From NCBI RefSeq assembly GCF_009914755.1, contig NC_060938.1: a stretch of 64,000 nucleotides of DNA. The stretch is one strand, 5' to 3'. Position 1 is the stretch's first letter. The number at the start of each line of letters is the position of its first letter. Positions 20,595 through 34,779 of the stretch are shown one piece after another. A model generated the notes under the pieces. It saw only the letters and a list, made by a program, of their open reading frames with translations, was not told where the DNA came from and did no database searches. The stretch is from the human T2T-CHM13v2.0 reference genome, Homo sapiens. The position numbers were made by a program, and so were the translations under genes.

Positions 20595-20812
20595 CTGCGG
20601 TTTTCTCAACCTTGAGATCCCTTGTGTGCTTTTAGTATGCTGAAGGATCACTCACTTCAGAATGCTAGTGAAAATACAGATTCCCAAGTCCGACCCCACT
20701 GAATCACAATGGCTGGAGGTCATTCGGGGCCCCGAATCTGCATTTTCACCCCCACCCACCCCCCGGGCAGCTTTAATGTTGGCAGGCTAGGAACCACAGT
20801 TCGGATTACTGC
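20595..20812 (+). mobile_element. MER5-family fragment
   Basis: gttttctcaaccttg ... aaatacagattccc ... gaatctgcattttca. Confidence 0.6.
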
Positions 20813-20979
20813 TTAACAGGGAGATAATAACCTGCTTCAGACGAGCTAGGTCAGACGAGCAATTCAAGAGCTAACAAGGCAACATGCGCCAAAAGCCTTG
20901 TAAACCTCAGGGCAGTACAATTCTTTGCAAATAATAGTAATTCAATCATGCAAATAATAATAATAGTAAACGAACTGGA

Positions 20980-22035
20980 GAGCGCACTGGAAACGCCGCA
21001 TAGTCCAGCTGAGTCGGTGCCACCGCCCCATCCACTCCAGCGCAGAGGGACTGTCTCTTTAAGGACCCCCCACCTCCCCAACCGCGTCGCTTCTCCCTTG
21101 GGTACCTGGCCCGGCCGGCGGCGCGTGCGTGCAGGGCCTCCCGGCGGGGCGGTCGCGGCGGCGCGACGCCGGCGCCGTTGCGTGCGCGCCTGGCCCTGCC
21201 CCTTTCCCGCCCCTTCCCCGCCCCCTCCCCTCCGCGGGGCCTCCCCCGCCCGCGCGGTACAGCTGGGTCAGTGACGCGGGCGCTGCAGCCGTCGCTACCG
21301 CCGCGTTCTATTCTCCGAAGCCGGCGACCGCCCCACCTCCTCCCTCCCTCCCGCCCGCTTCCTCTGCCCACAGCGCCGGCCAGAGCGAGCTAGACAAGGG
21401 CACGCGGGGCCTCGCCTAGACCCGAGAAGACTGCGGGCGCGCGCAAGCGGCGGCGTGGAAGCTGTGAGCGCCCCCATCCCGGAGGTCTCCGCCGGCTCCC
21501 GGGTGAGTTGTCACCGCGGCCCGGGGGCGGCGGGGCCGGCATTGTGCCATCGACGCGCTCGGCCGGCTGTCAGGGGCGCGGGACCAGCGCGCACCGCCCA
21601 GGAGTGACGCTGGCCGGAGCCCGGGCCGGCTTCGGCGGCTCCCCGCGCTTCTCTGCGCCGGCCCGCTGTCACCCGGCCGCGAGCCGCGCCGCTGGGAGCC
21701 CCGCGCTGGCGTGGCGCGGCCAGCCGGCCAGCAGTGGGGGCTGCGCGGCCGGGGGGACCGGCGGCTGGTTTGCGGCCGGGAACTTGGTGACCCGCGGTCC
21801 GGGGCGCGCCGTCCCGCGTCGCTGCCCGGGCAGCACCGGAAGAGCCAGACGCCGTGCCGATGGGTGCAGAGGAGGTAGGCAGAGGCCCTCTGTGCCACTG
21901 TCATTACTGCCCTCAGCCCAGCAAAGCTGCGGGGCTTGCGCTGGGGCAGGGCTGGCTTAGAGAAGGTGGATTTCCTGAGGAAATCTCAGAGCCCGCCTGT
22001 GCGCACCGCGGCATTCGGGAGCCCCCGCGCCTCGG
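20980..22035. promoter_or_regulatory. SUSD6: CpG island / TATA-less promoter
   Basis: Abrupt very high GC and CpG density against a CpG-depleted background; several GC boxes (ccccgccc) at 21205-21250; TGACG half-CRE at the presumed TSS. Confidence 0.9.
21270..21502 (+). other. SUSD6: Non-coding first exon (5' UTR), probably SUSD6/KIAA0247
   Basis: Inside the CpG island, no ATG, ends at strong donor CGG|GTGAGT (21503). Matches my recollection of the SUSD6 mRNA 5' end (not database-verified; TSS approximate). Confidence 0.75.
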
Positions 22036-22829
22036 CTGCTCTTTAATCTCAAAAACTTCTCTTATTAACCAGGCTAAACTCCCCGAAACCAGCTATTTTC
22101 TTTCAAAAAGTAGGCACGTACATACAGACTTTCCTTTTTTCGCTTGGTTTTGAGACCCCAGCTATGAGTGTGGATCTGACTCTCCCTCATGGGAGTCGTG
22201 GCTGGGGAGCTGCTGAAGTGGAGAAAAGTTACCCTGGACGAATTTAGGAGCAGGAGGGGGAGGTGGTTATGGGGACAGCAAGACCCAGGAGCAAAGAGGC
22301 GTCAAAATAAAGTCTTGGGCTGGTTAAAGGGAAGTTGGCGTCTGGGCAAGGAGGCCTAAAGCTGTTGTTCCCACAGAATTTTCTTTCAGTGGCAGGCGAC
22401 ATGCTGGGCTTTGTTGCTCTCGCTAACTGGGCTCCTGTGTGCTCTTCCAGAGGTGCAGTAAGATTACTCAGTTCAATTAGGCCTAGGGATTTACTCCCTT
22501 TTTTGATCTACAGAGATGGGAAGTATGTCTTTCCTTCACAGTAGTTAATTCATTTCTTGCTGTTTTCGTTCCTCTGGTGTAAAAACATACATAGGAGTTA
22601 CGCACACACACCTTTTCTGTTTTGGGAATTCCACACCCAAACTGTCACCATCTAGTGGAGGCTAGTAGAGACATGTGCTTGGCACTGACTTCTGAGTTCT
22701 CTGGGTTTTGTGTTTTTAGCTAGAAGCATATTCAACCAGAAATTAAAATTTTCCTGGAGTTGGGGGAGGTATGTCTACATCTCAGGAAAGAAGGTATTTA
22801 AGCAGCAATAATATGGAAAGGTTCTTGAG

Positions 22830-23010
22830 GACTTACTGAGTACCAACCTTTGTGCTAAGGGCTTTACTTTTTTGAACTCATTTAATAACAGACTTTTGAT
22901 GTAGATATTATTATCCCCATTCTTCTAGTTGAGACCCAAACCAAACAAGTTAAATAACTCGCCCATGTCACATAGGTATCTCATGGTGGAGCCCACAGTC
23001 TGAACTACTA
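22830..23010 (-). mobile_element. MIR
   Basis: ttactgagtacc...gtagatattattatccccatt...aagttaaataactcgccca. Confidence 0.7.
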
Positions 23011-23736
23011 GATTATACTGCTAGTTTCTGGTTTGTTTACCTTTTGATAAAATTGAACCTGGAGTCTTTCTAAAACCTTCTGAAAGCACTGCTGCTTCAG
23101 GCTGTTTCTCAGATCATGAGCATTCTAAACTCTTTCTCCTGGGTACACACTTACGGTATGTTTGCATAAGATTCATTTGTTCATTCTTTCATTCAGTACT
23201 CCCAAGTAGTTATGTGATACCGAATGTATGCCAGGCACTGTGCTAGGTATTGCAGGTACTGCATTGAATAAGTCAGAATCCAGCTCTCATGGACTCACAG
23301 CCTTTAAGTCCATTTGTTTTGGTTTATGTTGTTAGCTTTCATTGCTGGCCATTTGCTGCTGAAGGAACTTCTGCCCAGCGAGTTAAACAGAGGACAGTAT
23401 TGGTATGAGTCCTGATAGATAGGACTTCCTGTCTGCAGAGTAATTTTTTGGATACTGTAGTAGAAATGGCATATGAAACAAATCCTCACTTACACCTAGA
23501 TAGAGACAGGTGCCAGGGTGCTCAGTGTTTAAACCCTGAGAGCAAACCCACTGTCAAATGGGCAAGTTTGACTTCTTTCGCTGAAGCCTGCCTTCTGAAA
23601 GCCCAGAATTTGGTGAGATAGAAGAGAAAGAAGGGTAGAATGAGGTGTTACAGATACAGGCTGGCAGATAAAGAGACCTCAGCACTTTGTCTGTTTTCCT
23701 GGTCAGTCTCTGAGGTGTGGTGATTGAACTTGTGTT

Positions 23737-24040
23737 CTTTTTTATTTTTTATTTTTTTTGAGATGGAGTCTCGCTCTGTCACCCGGGCTGGAGTGCAGTG
23801 GCACGATCTCGGCTCACTGCAACCTTCACCTCCCAGATTCAAACGATTCTCTGCCTCAGCCTCCTGAGCAGCTGGGACTACAGGTGCGTGTCATCACGCC
23901 TGGCTAATTTTTGTATTTTTAGTAGAGACTTGGTTTTACCATGTTGGCTAGGCTGGTCTCGAACGCCTGACCTCAGGTGATCTGCCCGTCTTGGCCTCCC
24001 AAAGTGTTGGGATTACGGGCGTGAGCCACCGTGCCCGGCC
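23737..24040 (-). mobile_element. AluS
   Basis: Full reverse Alu, TSD tgaacttgtgttctt. Confidence 0.95.
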
Positions 24041-26489
24041 TGAACTTGTGTTCTTATGTAATGTTGCATCTCTCAGTAGGGGATGTCCTCCTTTGCTCTT
24101 TTGGTGGGGCAGCAATTCCTGCAGCAGCCTTCCCTCTACATGCACACACACACCCCTTCCAAAAGGTAATAATTCACCTGGTTTCTTTAAAGTTAGAACT
24201 TCTTTCAAGTTTATTGCTACTAAGCATTGTTTCACTCCCTCCACACTTGTCCATTTCCCACATAAAAACTTGGCTTTTGCTTCAAATATTTTCTTCTGCC
24301 CTTTTTTCATATCCTTAGCTCTTCTGACAACCAAGTTACTACTGGTATCATTTGTAGGCTGGGAGAAATACAGCATCTTTAAAAAAAAATAGTGAGGTAC
24401 ATACTCTTCCTCATTTCAGTACCAAACAAGTGAACTGTGGAGAATGAAGCAGAACCACTTGCCAGCAGAGAGGGAAGGCCAGAGGGCACACGTGGTTGTC
24501 TTTCCCCTCTAGTTCCCCATTTATTAAGAGACAATTCACACTTGCAGGCCCGAATGTCAGCAGATCCATTGGGCCCAGGTTGTGTAATTGCCATACATGA
24601 AGTGAGTTATTAAGCTCCTGAAATGACATGCTATCTCCTAGTTGAAGCTGACAAGCAGGATTTATTTTCCCTCTTCTTTCTGTCTGGACACTATGGAAGT
24701 CTTGTTAGAGGGTGTTCGCTCAAGCAGTGGGAGAAAGATCAGAAGGAGCCAATAGAGGAGGGAGCCCCATGTCTTGTCTTCTTTTCAACTTTGAGAGCAA
24801 ACATTGCTTTGTTGCAGACTTGAATGTTGAGGATTAGGACATTTGGTTAAATGTAAGCTTTGGGACAAATGCAAAACTAGGGGAAATAGAGACTCTTTCC
24901 CCAGGTTTCTCATGAGCTCCATAGTACTCAGGAACCTTTGGGTGGACTGTCCTTGCGCGTCAAGATCTGTTCACTCCACCCCTGGCTTGGATTCAAGGCA
25001 ACAGCCATTGTGTGTCCCTTGGATGAGTGTAAGTTTGTGTTTCTGTGTAAGAACCTTTCATCTTAAAAAGTACAAGTTCTGGGGAAAGGTGCCTCTTACA
25101 AGGCTTAGGTTTTCGCAGCAGAGCCTGTTAGGCACCTGTGTTCTTCTTGGGCTGATGTGTCTGCGATGGTGTCCTTTTTCTTCCCTTTTTAGTTTTTTTT
25201 GGCCTGGAAACCAGCAGGGTGCCTCCATTTGCTCTCTCATCCTCTGGTTCTTACTTGAGTGTGGAAGTCGCTCCACTGGTGGACCTTGCAGTGGCACTGA
25301 GCTGGGTCACTTCAGCCGTGAAAGGCCAACTGTACTACTGTCAAGGCTTGGGACAGTTAAGCGTCCGTGAAGGTACTGGATACAGCGACAGCAGGAAGTG
25401 CAGCAGTGAGAACTGAAACTAATTTCACAGACTGTGGTGTTGCCTGTGATGTAGTCTCCCTCCCTGGCTCTTCTATCTCAAAAAAGGAAAATAGCCACCC
25501 TTGAAACATCTGAAGGCTGCGTGCCAAGAATTCACACAGTACTCCTGAAACAGGATATTACTGAAGCATTTTTCTCAAACAGAAACAGATGTAGTTCCCT
25601 GTTACTGTCGCCAGTGTTAGTAGATCCTTAAAATTACCTGACAGCAGTGTGCCCCTAAATGTACTCCCCGCTCCTACACACATACACAAGTGTTTTATTT
25701 TATTTTATTTTTTGGCAAAGCCTCCTTCCTTGATTTGAGGGAAGTTAGCCTGGGATTCCTGATGACAGTAATAGATTCTCAGTGGGTTTGCAGACGGCAG
25801 AGGTGGTGACTGACAATTCTTTATTACTCAGAAGAGGATCTTCTCTGGTGAAAAATGATTCAGGATTCTGCAGTTGGAGATTGGATACAAAACCTCAGAG
25901 AAGGGACACAAATAGAGATCTTTCTCAGCCTCCCCTTTCTTGCTACCCTTTGTAGAGGAGAGGGAATGTCTCATATTTCTAAGTCCAACCTACTGCCAGC
26001 AGTGACTTGCCTTCACCCACAGAAATTTAAGATTAGAGTGTGGAATTGCCCTTTATGTAAACTGTCCTTGCTGAAATTTTCTTTGACTAGACTAGGCTTC
26101 AGCTTCTGACAAAGACAGTAAAATGAAACTGGCTTCTGGGAATGGCATAAGAGCCTGTTTATCCAATTCTTCCTTTAGATTGTTCTCAGTTGAGCTCAGC
26201 AAACTAAGTGGACGGAGGCTTGTAAAAGGTAACTGCAAAAAGGGTACAAGGTGATTTTGCTTAATTTGCATTTTAAATTATAGCAGTCTATGCAAACTGT
26301 TTGAAGGAAGACTGAGAGATGTTTTTTGGTGGGGAGGCACAAGATTACAGATAGCTTGGAAAATAAAAGGGAAAAAAAATCAGCATGATTCTACCACCCT
26401 AACATAATGTGTATTCTGTTTTTTCCATCTTCAGATGGTAGTACCTGTACATTCAGCTTTGTATTTTTTTCACTTAGCTTTTTTTTTTA

Positions 26490-26970
26490 ACAGGTCATAA
26501 AATTCACCCATTTAAAGTACAATTCAGTGGTTTTTAGTATATTTACAGAGTTGTACATCTATCACCATAATCTAATTTTGCAACATTTTCATCACCCCAA
26601 AAACTCACTCCCTATTTCTCTACAATCCCACCTAGCCCTAGGCAACCACTCATCTTTCTCTCTATATAGGTTTGCCTATTTGGACATTTCATATAGATGG
26701 AATCATATGATATGTGGTCTTTAATAACTGGCTTCTTTCACTTAGCATAATGTTTTTGAGGCTTATTCATGTTTTACCATGTATCAGTACTTCATTCCAT
26801 TTTATTGCTGAATGCTATTCTGTTGTATTGATATACCACATTTTGTTTATCCATTCATCAGCTGATGGACAGTTGGGTTGTTTCTGTTTTTTGGTTATGA
26901 ATAATATTGCAGTATTGCTAAGAACGTGTGTATAAGTTTTTCTGTGGGTATATGTTTTCATTTCTCAAGG
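26490..26970 (-). mobile_element. L1MB-like 3' end
   Basis: aaaattcacccatttaaagtac...ccctaggcaaccact...ggacatttcatata...ctggcttctttcacttagcataatg. Confidence 0.85.
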
Positions 26971-27801
26971 AGATACCTTTAAAGCTGCATCCATCCATAT
27001 CTCTACTTTGCGGTTAACATTCTCCTAGGTTATGCAGTTTGTTTGAGGAAGAACAGTGTTTTAGTAAACTCTTGATCCTACTGTGGTGTTGCGGATATTG
27101 CCCTGAATCAAGAAAAGGTGCCACCAAAAAAAAATCCAAAACCCAAAAACAAAAAGAGAGAATCCTGTTTTTAAGTTTGAACTCTCCAGTAGCATTGTTT
27201 CCAAATATTTGGTGCAGAACTTTAACCATTGGTGAGAGTTGACAGACGCGATAGTGCCTAAATTCAATGCACATGTACTGCTGCTTTAAACAAATAAAGA
27301 GGATTTTCAATGCGAAGCCTCAGCTCTAAATCTCATCTTTGTGTTTTATAGAGAGGACTTTACCATGAACCCCCAAAGCCTTCCTTATCAAATGTGATTT
27401 ATAGTTCTCAGAAGCTTTTCCTTTTCTTGTGAAAAATTCCATGCCAGGGTTCTGTGCACCTGCTCAAAGGCTTCTGCTAGGTTGGGGAGTGGAATGCTTA
27501 TTGAACAGAGAGCCAGCCAGCAAGGTAGGGAGGAGGGAGAGGGTCTGTGAGTGCCCTGAAAATGTAGATCTGAGAAAGAGTGCTCTTTAGAGCAGCCCCC
27601 ACAGGGCTTTTCCAGGTGGACCTCAGGTGTAACCCGAGGTTAAAAACAGATCATGCCAGACACAAAAAGGAGCAGATGGTGCTGCTTGGAGTGTCATTTC
27701 CTCTACAGGATGTGTCCCTGTGTGGTTTTACATCATGCCAACCATATTAATGAAATAATGCAACAGAATGTCTCCTTTTGCCCTTGTTCCAATTGGAACC
27801 A

Positions 27802-28076
27802 CAGGTTGAGTTTCCCTAACCTGAAATATGAAGTGCTCCAAAATCTTAAACTTTTTGAGCACCCACATGATGGAGAATTCCACACCTGACCTCATGTTTT
27901 AGGTCACAGTCAAAACTACCTTCAGTCTATGTGTATTACGTGTAAATGAAACATAAATGGATTTTATGTTTAGACCAGGGTCCCATCCCTGAGATACCTG
28001 ATTATGTATATACAAATATTCGAAAATCTAAAACATTTGTGATCCCAAGCATTTCTGATAAAGGACACTCAGCCTG
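27802..28076 (+). mobile_element. Tigger4/Zombi (MER46) non-autonomous TcMar element
   Basis: TIRs caggttgagt.../...actcagcctg followed by TA; aattccacacctgacctcatg internal motif. Confidence 0.8.
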
Positions 28077-28092
28077 TACTAGCACTTGTGAC

Positions 28093-28130
28093 CAACAGCT
28101 AGTCTTGCTTTCAACAGCTAGTCTTGCTTT
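28093..28130. repeat. Perfect 19-bp tandem duplication
   Basis: caacagctagtcttgcttt x2. Confidence 0.97.
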
Positions 28131-28988
28131 CCCTGATCGTAGATCCCTACTAAAAGCTCTTGAAAGTGTGCATATGCAGGCTACCTAATGATTTAACGGA
28201 GGATCAAGATGGTTACACTGCAGAGAAACAGGAGGGATAGGGCATATGCCCTTTGTCCAGCAAGACAGACAAAAACTAGGAACTTGAATTCTCTTCTCTG
28301 GATTCCTGTATCTGGAGCCAAGGCCAAGGATCAGTTCTTCTAGAAAGTTCCCTCCTGTGTGTGTGTGTGTAAATGTGTGTGAATGCAGCCATAACTTCCC
28401 TGCCAAAATTCATTGCCAAAAATTTTGTGATTTGAAGCAGGCCTTACCTGTTAATGCAAATTTGATTCTCAAATCCTAAGAGTTTCCAAAGGTTGAGTGA
28501 AGTGAGATGAGACTCTTAGTTGAAGATCCAGATGCTTCACTGTTGCTATCTAGATGCTACCAAAACTCCCAGCACAACAAAGTATATGAAGAGAGGCTCT
28601 AGGTTCATGAAATGTTAGAGTTGGAAAAATGGGCCTTTGGGGTTCTTCTTATTCTACCTCCTCATTTTAAAGAAATGCAAGTGGGAAATGGATGCTCAGA
28701 GCTGACTTGCCTGAGAGGTGAAAGGGCTAGTGGAGAAGCCAGAGCCCCTGATTCCTAGTCTAGTGCTTTTCCCTCCCGGTGTGATCACCTCTTTGTTTCT
28801 CCCCCTCTTCTGGGCCTGGTCCCGGAATGGGGGTTGGGAGTCCAGCAGGGTGTCGTGGTTCATATTTTTGGGAACAAATTCAAGTTACTTCTGTGATTGT
28901 AGTTTTGAGTCTAATAGTGAAATTACAAAGGCAGTGAGTCATTAAGTCCAATTCTTCTGAAAGAAAACTGTTCTTAAAATGGGTGCAG

Positions 28989-29070
28989 AGCCCTCAGGGC
29001 TGCTCTGCCTATGGAGCAGCCATTCTTTATTCCTTTACTTTCTTAATAAACTTGCTTTCACTTTAAAAAA
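28989..29070 (+). mobile_element. MER41-like LTR R-region fragment with short poly-A and TSDs
   Basis: agccctcagggctgctctgcctatggagcagccattc...cttaataaacttgctttcacttt then A6; flanks aaaatgggtgcag / aaaatcggtgtag. Confidence 0.7.
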
Positions 29071-29152
29071 TCGGTGTAGTTGTGTTTAGGCTGTGCCTGC
29101 TTAACTTTTAAATCTCTGTGCTGTGTATCTTTGCCATTCAAAAATGCCACCT

Positions 29153-29467
<315 letters not shown>

Positions 29468-31825
29468 CCACCTGACCCCAGGCCAATGGGATGTGTGCTC
29501 TGTCTGGGAGAACTGATCCCACACCTACACCCCATTAACCTACCAAACCCTTCAGAGCTGTGTCTCGACTTCCTTGGGCTTATTGTATGTGGAATCAGCT
29601 ACCCACCTAAATGCAGCGTGAACACACATCTATAACTGTATGTCTCTAACCAGGCACAAAGGAAGCAAGTCATATATACTGGCTTTCCCCATCCCAGAAA
29701 GCCGGTGAACAGAGTCTTGTGTTTAGTGGGTGCTGCTGTTTCAGTTGGCATGCTTGAGCCATTGCTAGAAAAGTAACCAATGATATGTTATCTGGTCTAC
29801 CCCTTTATCAATCCTCCATCTGCCTCCAGGTAGAAACTCTGCCATGGGAAGACCGTCTGCCTCCTTGTTTCTGTCCTGTGGGAATTTTGCTTGTTACACA
29901 GCAGAATAGCAAGAAAAACAGGCTCTGAGTTTCATAAGAATTCATCGATCCATCTTTCCTTTACATGTACCCTCAAGTCATAATAATTTGTGAGCCGATA
30001 ATCTGGTTAGGCTATGATGTCAGACTGGTGGGAGGCTGGTAGGTGGTTGCTGCAGAAACCAAAGGGAAGTAAGTCTAGTTGTCTGGCAAATAATTAGTGG
30101 ATGTCTGTTCTAGGCACTAGGTATACAGTTGTGAACAAAGAACAAAATGGTCATAATACTTGCTGGCATGGAGTTAGCATACTGCGGGAATACTCACGAG
30201 GTTTTTAATTTGAGAGTAGTGTTGGAGGAATTTTTTGTGTACGGTAGACTTTCAGCTTGATTGTTTGGGATTTGTCAGTTACTTCTGTGCTCCAAACCAC
30301 AGTCATCCTGGAAGGGAAGAACTTGAAAAGTATCGTTAGAGAGTTTCCCCTAGTCTCCCCATTAAATAAATGAATTGTCTTTCTCTGCAGTGAGCTAGGT
30401 CTAACAGTTTGGTGTGCTTTGAGGATTCCTGTTTCTTGCTTTATTTAATCAACTAGTTTTTAATCTGGGAATGTTTTCAGACCTTGACATATCCTATTTT
30501 TAATTAAAAGAAAAAAGGAGATGTGGGTTCAACTATGAGAAACTGGGAGAAGGGGAATAAGAGGATCAGTGGCATGAATTCCTTAGGGAATCTTTTTTCT
30601 TCCATCTCCCTCAAGCCTCAATTTTAGATAGAAATGTTGATTTGTGAGATCTTTTTCCTGATATATTTGTGGCTTTACAACCTGCTGGGGACAGTAAAGG
30701 ACCTAGTTCCCAGTAAACGTACGCCCTCCCCCTATATTTTACCTCTTTGGGTGGCCATCTCTGTGTAGGCCCTGGTTCCAGGCTGACATTGGAAGTTCCC
30801 TGAGGTTGGTGACTGTCTGATCCACTTCCTTGTACCCCCTCCTGGATTAATTGGATGATTAATAAATGATTGACCAGGTGTAGGGGATTAAAATAACAAG
30901 TATAGGAGGGCAGGGTGACTTTGAGGTTATGAGCCTTGATGACAAGGAATGAAAGAGTGGTATTATTGATGAAATTCTAAAAATGGAGTCATTTGTAGGG
31001 AGGCCTGGTTTGAGTGAAAAACAAATATAAACAGGGTGTTAAAAAGCTGTTAACATTCACCAAGTTCACCCTGTCTGGTGGCAGGAAAAGAAGTCAGCTC
31101 AGGAACCATGGCAGTGGGAGGTGAAGGAGAGAGAGGGTATTAGAGGTTGTCCAGAATGTTTTAGCAAGGCCAATCAGAAACAAACTATAGGGTCCCCTTA
31201 TTATGGGGCTGAAGACCAGAAAGTCATCCCTGCTAATTTTTAGGTAGCAGATCTTTGTTTCTAGAATTCTGTTCTTTTAAAAGCCTTGGGAGGCATCATT
31301 CATTCCTGAAAGTCAACTTACACATTTGCCTCTGTAGTTTGGAGAGAAATATATTTAGTATCCAGTGTGTCAGGTTGCAGGCAAGGAAGTAGTTAACACT
31401 TTTCTCTTTGTTCTCCACAATTGAACTGTTTTTGGGGGGGCAGTTCTACTGCTTCTGGAATTACATAATTGTGTGGGTCATCTCCTTTGAAGGTCTGTCC
31501 ATGCTTTTTTTAAAGCACATCGTTGAAAGAAGGGTGCTCTGTACAAATGCTGACATGCTTTTCTCTTGGGTTATACGTGAGCAATTGTAGAATGAACAGA
31601 CTTCAGGGTTTTGGTGTTGGTATAGCTTTCTGTGAATAGTGAAGGTATTAGGAGGCTAATGTTAAGGCAGCAGGTGAGGTGGTTTTCAGGCAACACATCT
31701 GAACTCATTAATTGATCAAGTATTTATCAGATGCTCTTTCCTATATACTAATTATCTCCCCAAAGGAATTCTTTGCAGCACAAAAGTTTAACACTTAATT
31801 ATACATTTTGAGTTGTTCTCCAGTG

Positions 31826-32685
<860 letters not shown>

Positions 32686-32925
32686 TAGTAGTGATGTTCA
32701 GTCAGCTGGGGTTCAAATGCTAAATCAGACACCGGTATGATAGCACATGTTGAGAGGTGGGAAACCTCCTAGGATTGCAGACTTGATTAACTTGCCAAGG
32801 AACAGCAAACAGCAACATGATAGCAACAGCCCCTTTTTGGTTCCTCCATCCCCATCTCGTTACAGGTACCCTAAAGTCAGCATGTATTTGTGTACTAATG
32901 GAACAAAAATACGAACATGTGCATA

Positions 32926-34036
32926 CAGTCATGTGCAGTGTAATAACATTTTGCTGCATATATGATGGTGGTTCCATAAGATTATAATGGAACTGAAAAA
33001 TTTCTATCATCTAGTGACATTGTAGCCATGGTAAGGTCATAGCACAATGCATTACTCACCTGTTTGTGGTGATGCTGTTACAAATAAAGCTACAGCATGG
33101 CCAGTTGTATTAGAGTCTAGCACATACAATTATGTATAGTACATAATACTTGATGATAATAACAGTGTTTCTGGTTTATATATTTACTATACCATGTTTT
33201 TTGTCATCAATATAGACTGTACTCCTTCTACTTAGGAAAAAACTCCCCAAAAAAACAGTTAACTGTAAAACAGCCTCAGGCAGATCCTTCAGCAGGTTTT
33301 CCAGGAGGCATTGTTACAGGAAATAACAGTTCTGTTCCTGCCTTTGAAGACTACTAGTGAAATAAGATGCTGAGATGGAAGATAGTGATATAGATGATCC
33401 TTACCCTGTGTAGGCCTAGGCTAATGTGTGTGTTTGTGTCTTAGTTTTTTAACAAAAAAAGATTTTTTAAAATAGAAAATAGCTTATAGATAAGGATATA
33501 AAGAAAGAAAATATTTTGTCACAGCTGTATGTCTTAACCTAGGTGTTATTACAAATGAGTCAAAAAGTTTAAAATAATTAAAAAGTTTATAAAGTAAAAA
33601 AGTCACAGTAAGCTAAGGTTAATTTATAGAAGAAAAAATTTTAAAAAATATGTAGCCTAAGTGTACAGTGTTTATAAAGTCTACAGTAATGTACAGTAAT
33701 GTCCTAGGCCTTCACACTCCATTCACTCACTTACCCAGGGCAATTTGCAGTCCTGCAAGCCCCATTCGTGGTAAGTGCCCTATACAGATGTACCATTTTT
33801 TATCTTTTATACCATATTGTATTTTTTCTATGTTTAAGTATGTTTAGATACACAATTACCATCATGTTAGAGTTGCCTACAGTATTCAGTAACATATCTG
33901 CTGTACAGGTTTGTAGCCTAGGCTATGCCATGTAGCTGAGGTGTATAGTAGGCTATGCCATTTAGGTTTATGTAAGTACACTCTGTGATGTCCACACAAC
34001 AACATTGCCTAATGACACATTTCTCAGAAAGTATCC
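32926..34036 (+). mobile_element. Tigger3b/Golem-like TcMar DNA transposon
   Basis: TA-cagtcatgtgc start; ggtggttccataagattataatgga; near 3' end ttgcctaatgacacatttctcagaa. Confidence 0.85.
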
Positions 34037-34117
34037 ACGGAATCAGAGTGACCCTGCTTCAGTCTCAGTTCTGCCATGTATCAGCCATATGACCTTGAGC
34101 AAATTTAACCTCTTTGA

Positions 34118-34537
<420 letters not shown>

Positions 34538-34779
34538 TGAATGGTAAAGGATAAAGGGAACTTTAACTTCTTAAACTTGCTTTTTGTTTCATTTGAATTT
34601 TTTGCTATTGGCATGTATAACTTGAATAATTTATTAAAATTACATTTAAAAGTACTCCCTTGTAGAATTTTATGAAAATCAAATGAAATGGGATATTTAA
34701 AAAGATAGGTATGTGTCTGACAACTAAAAGATACTTAAATGGCAGTTTGGGGAAGTATTAATTAGTGGCTGACCCTTTT

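Noticed and set aside
20851-22153. Several overlapping 60-160 aa Arg/Gly/Pro/Ala-rich ORFs
   Set aside because: Expected stop-codon scarcity in a CpG island; low-complexity products on both strands; exon 1 has no ATG.
24843-25370. 175-aa ORF in intron 1
   Set aside because: TTG start, no recognisable domain, and no supporting splice or retrocopy hallmarks.
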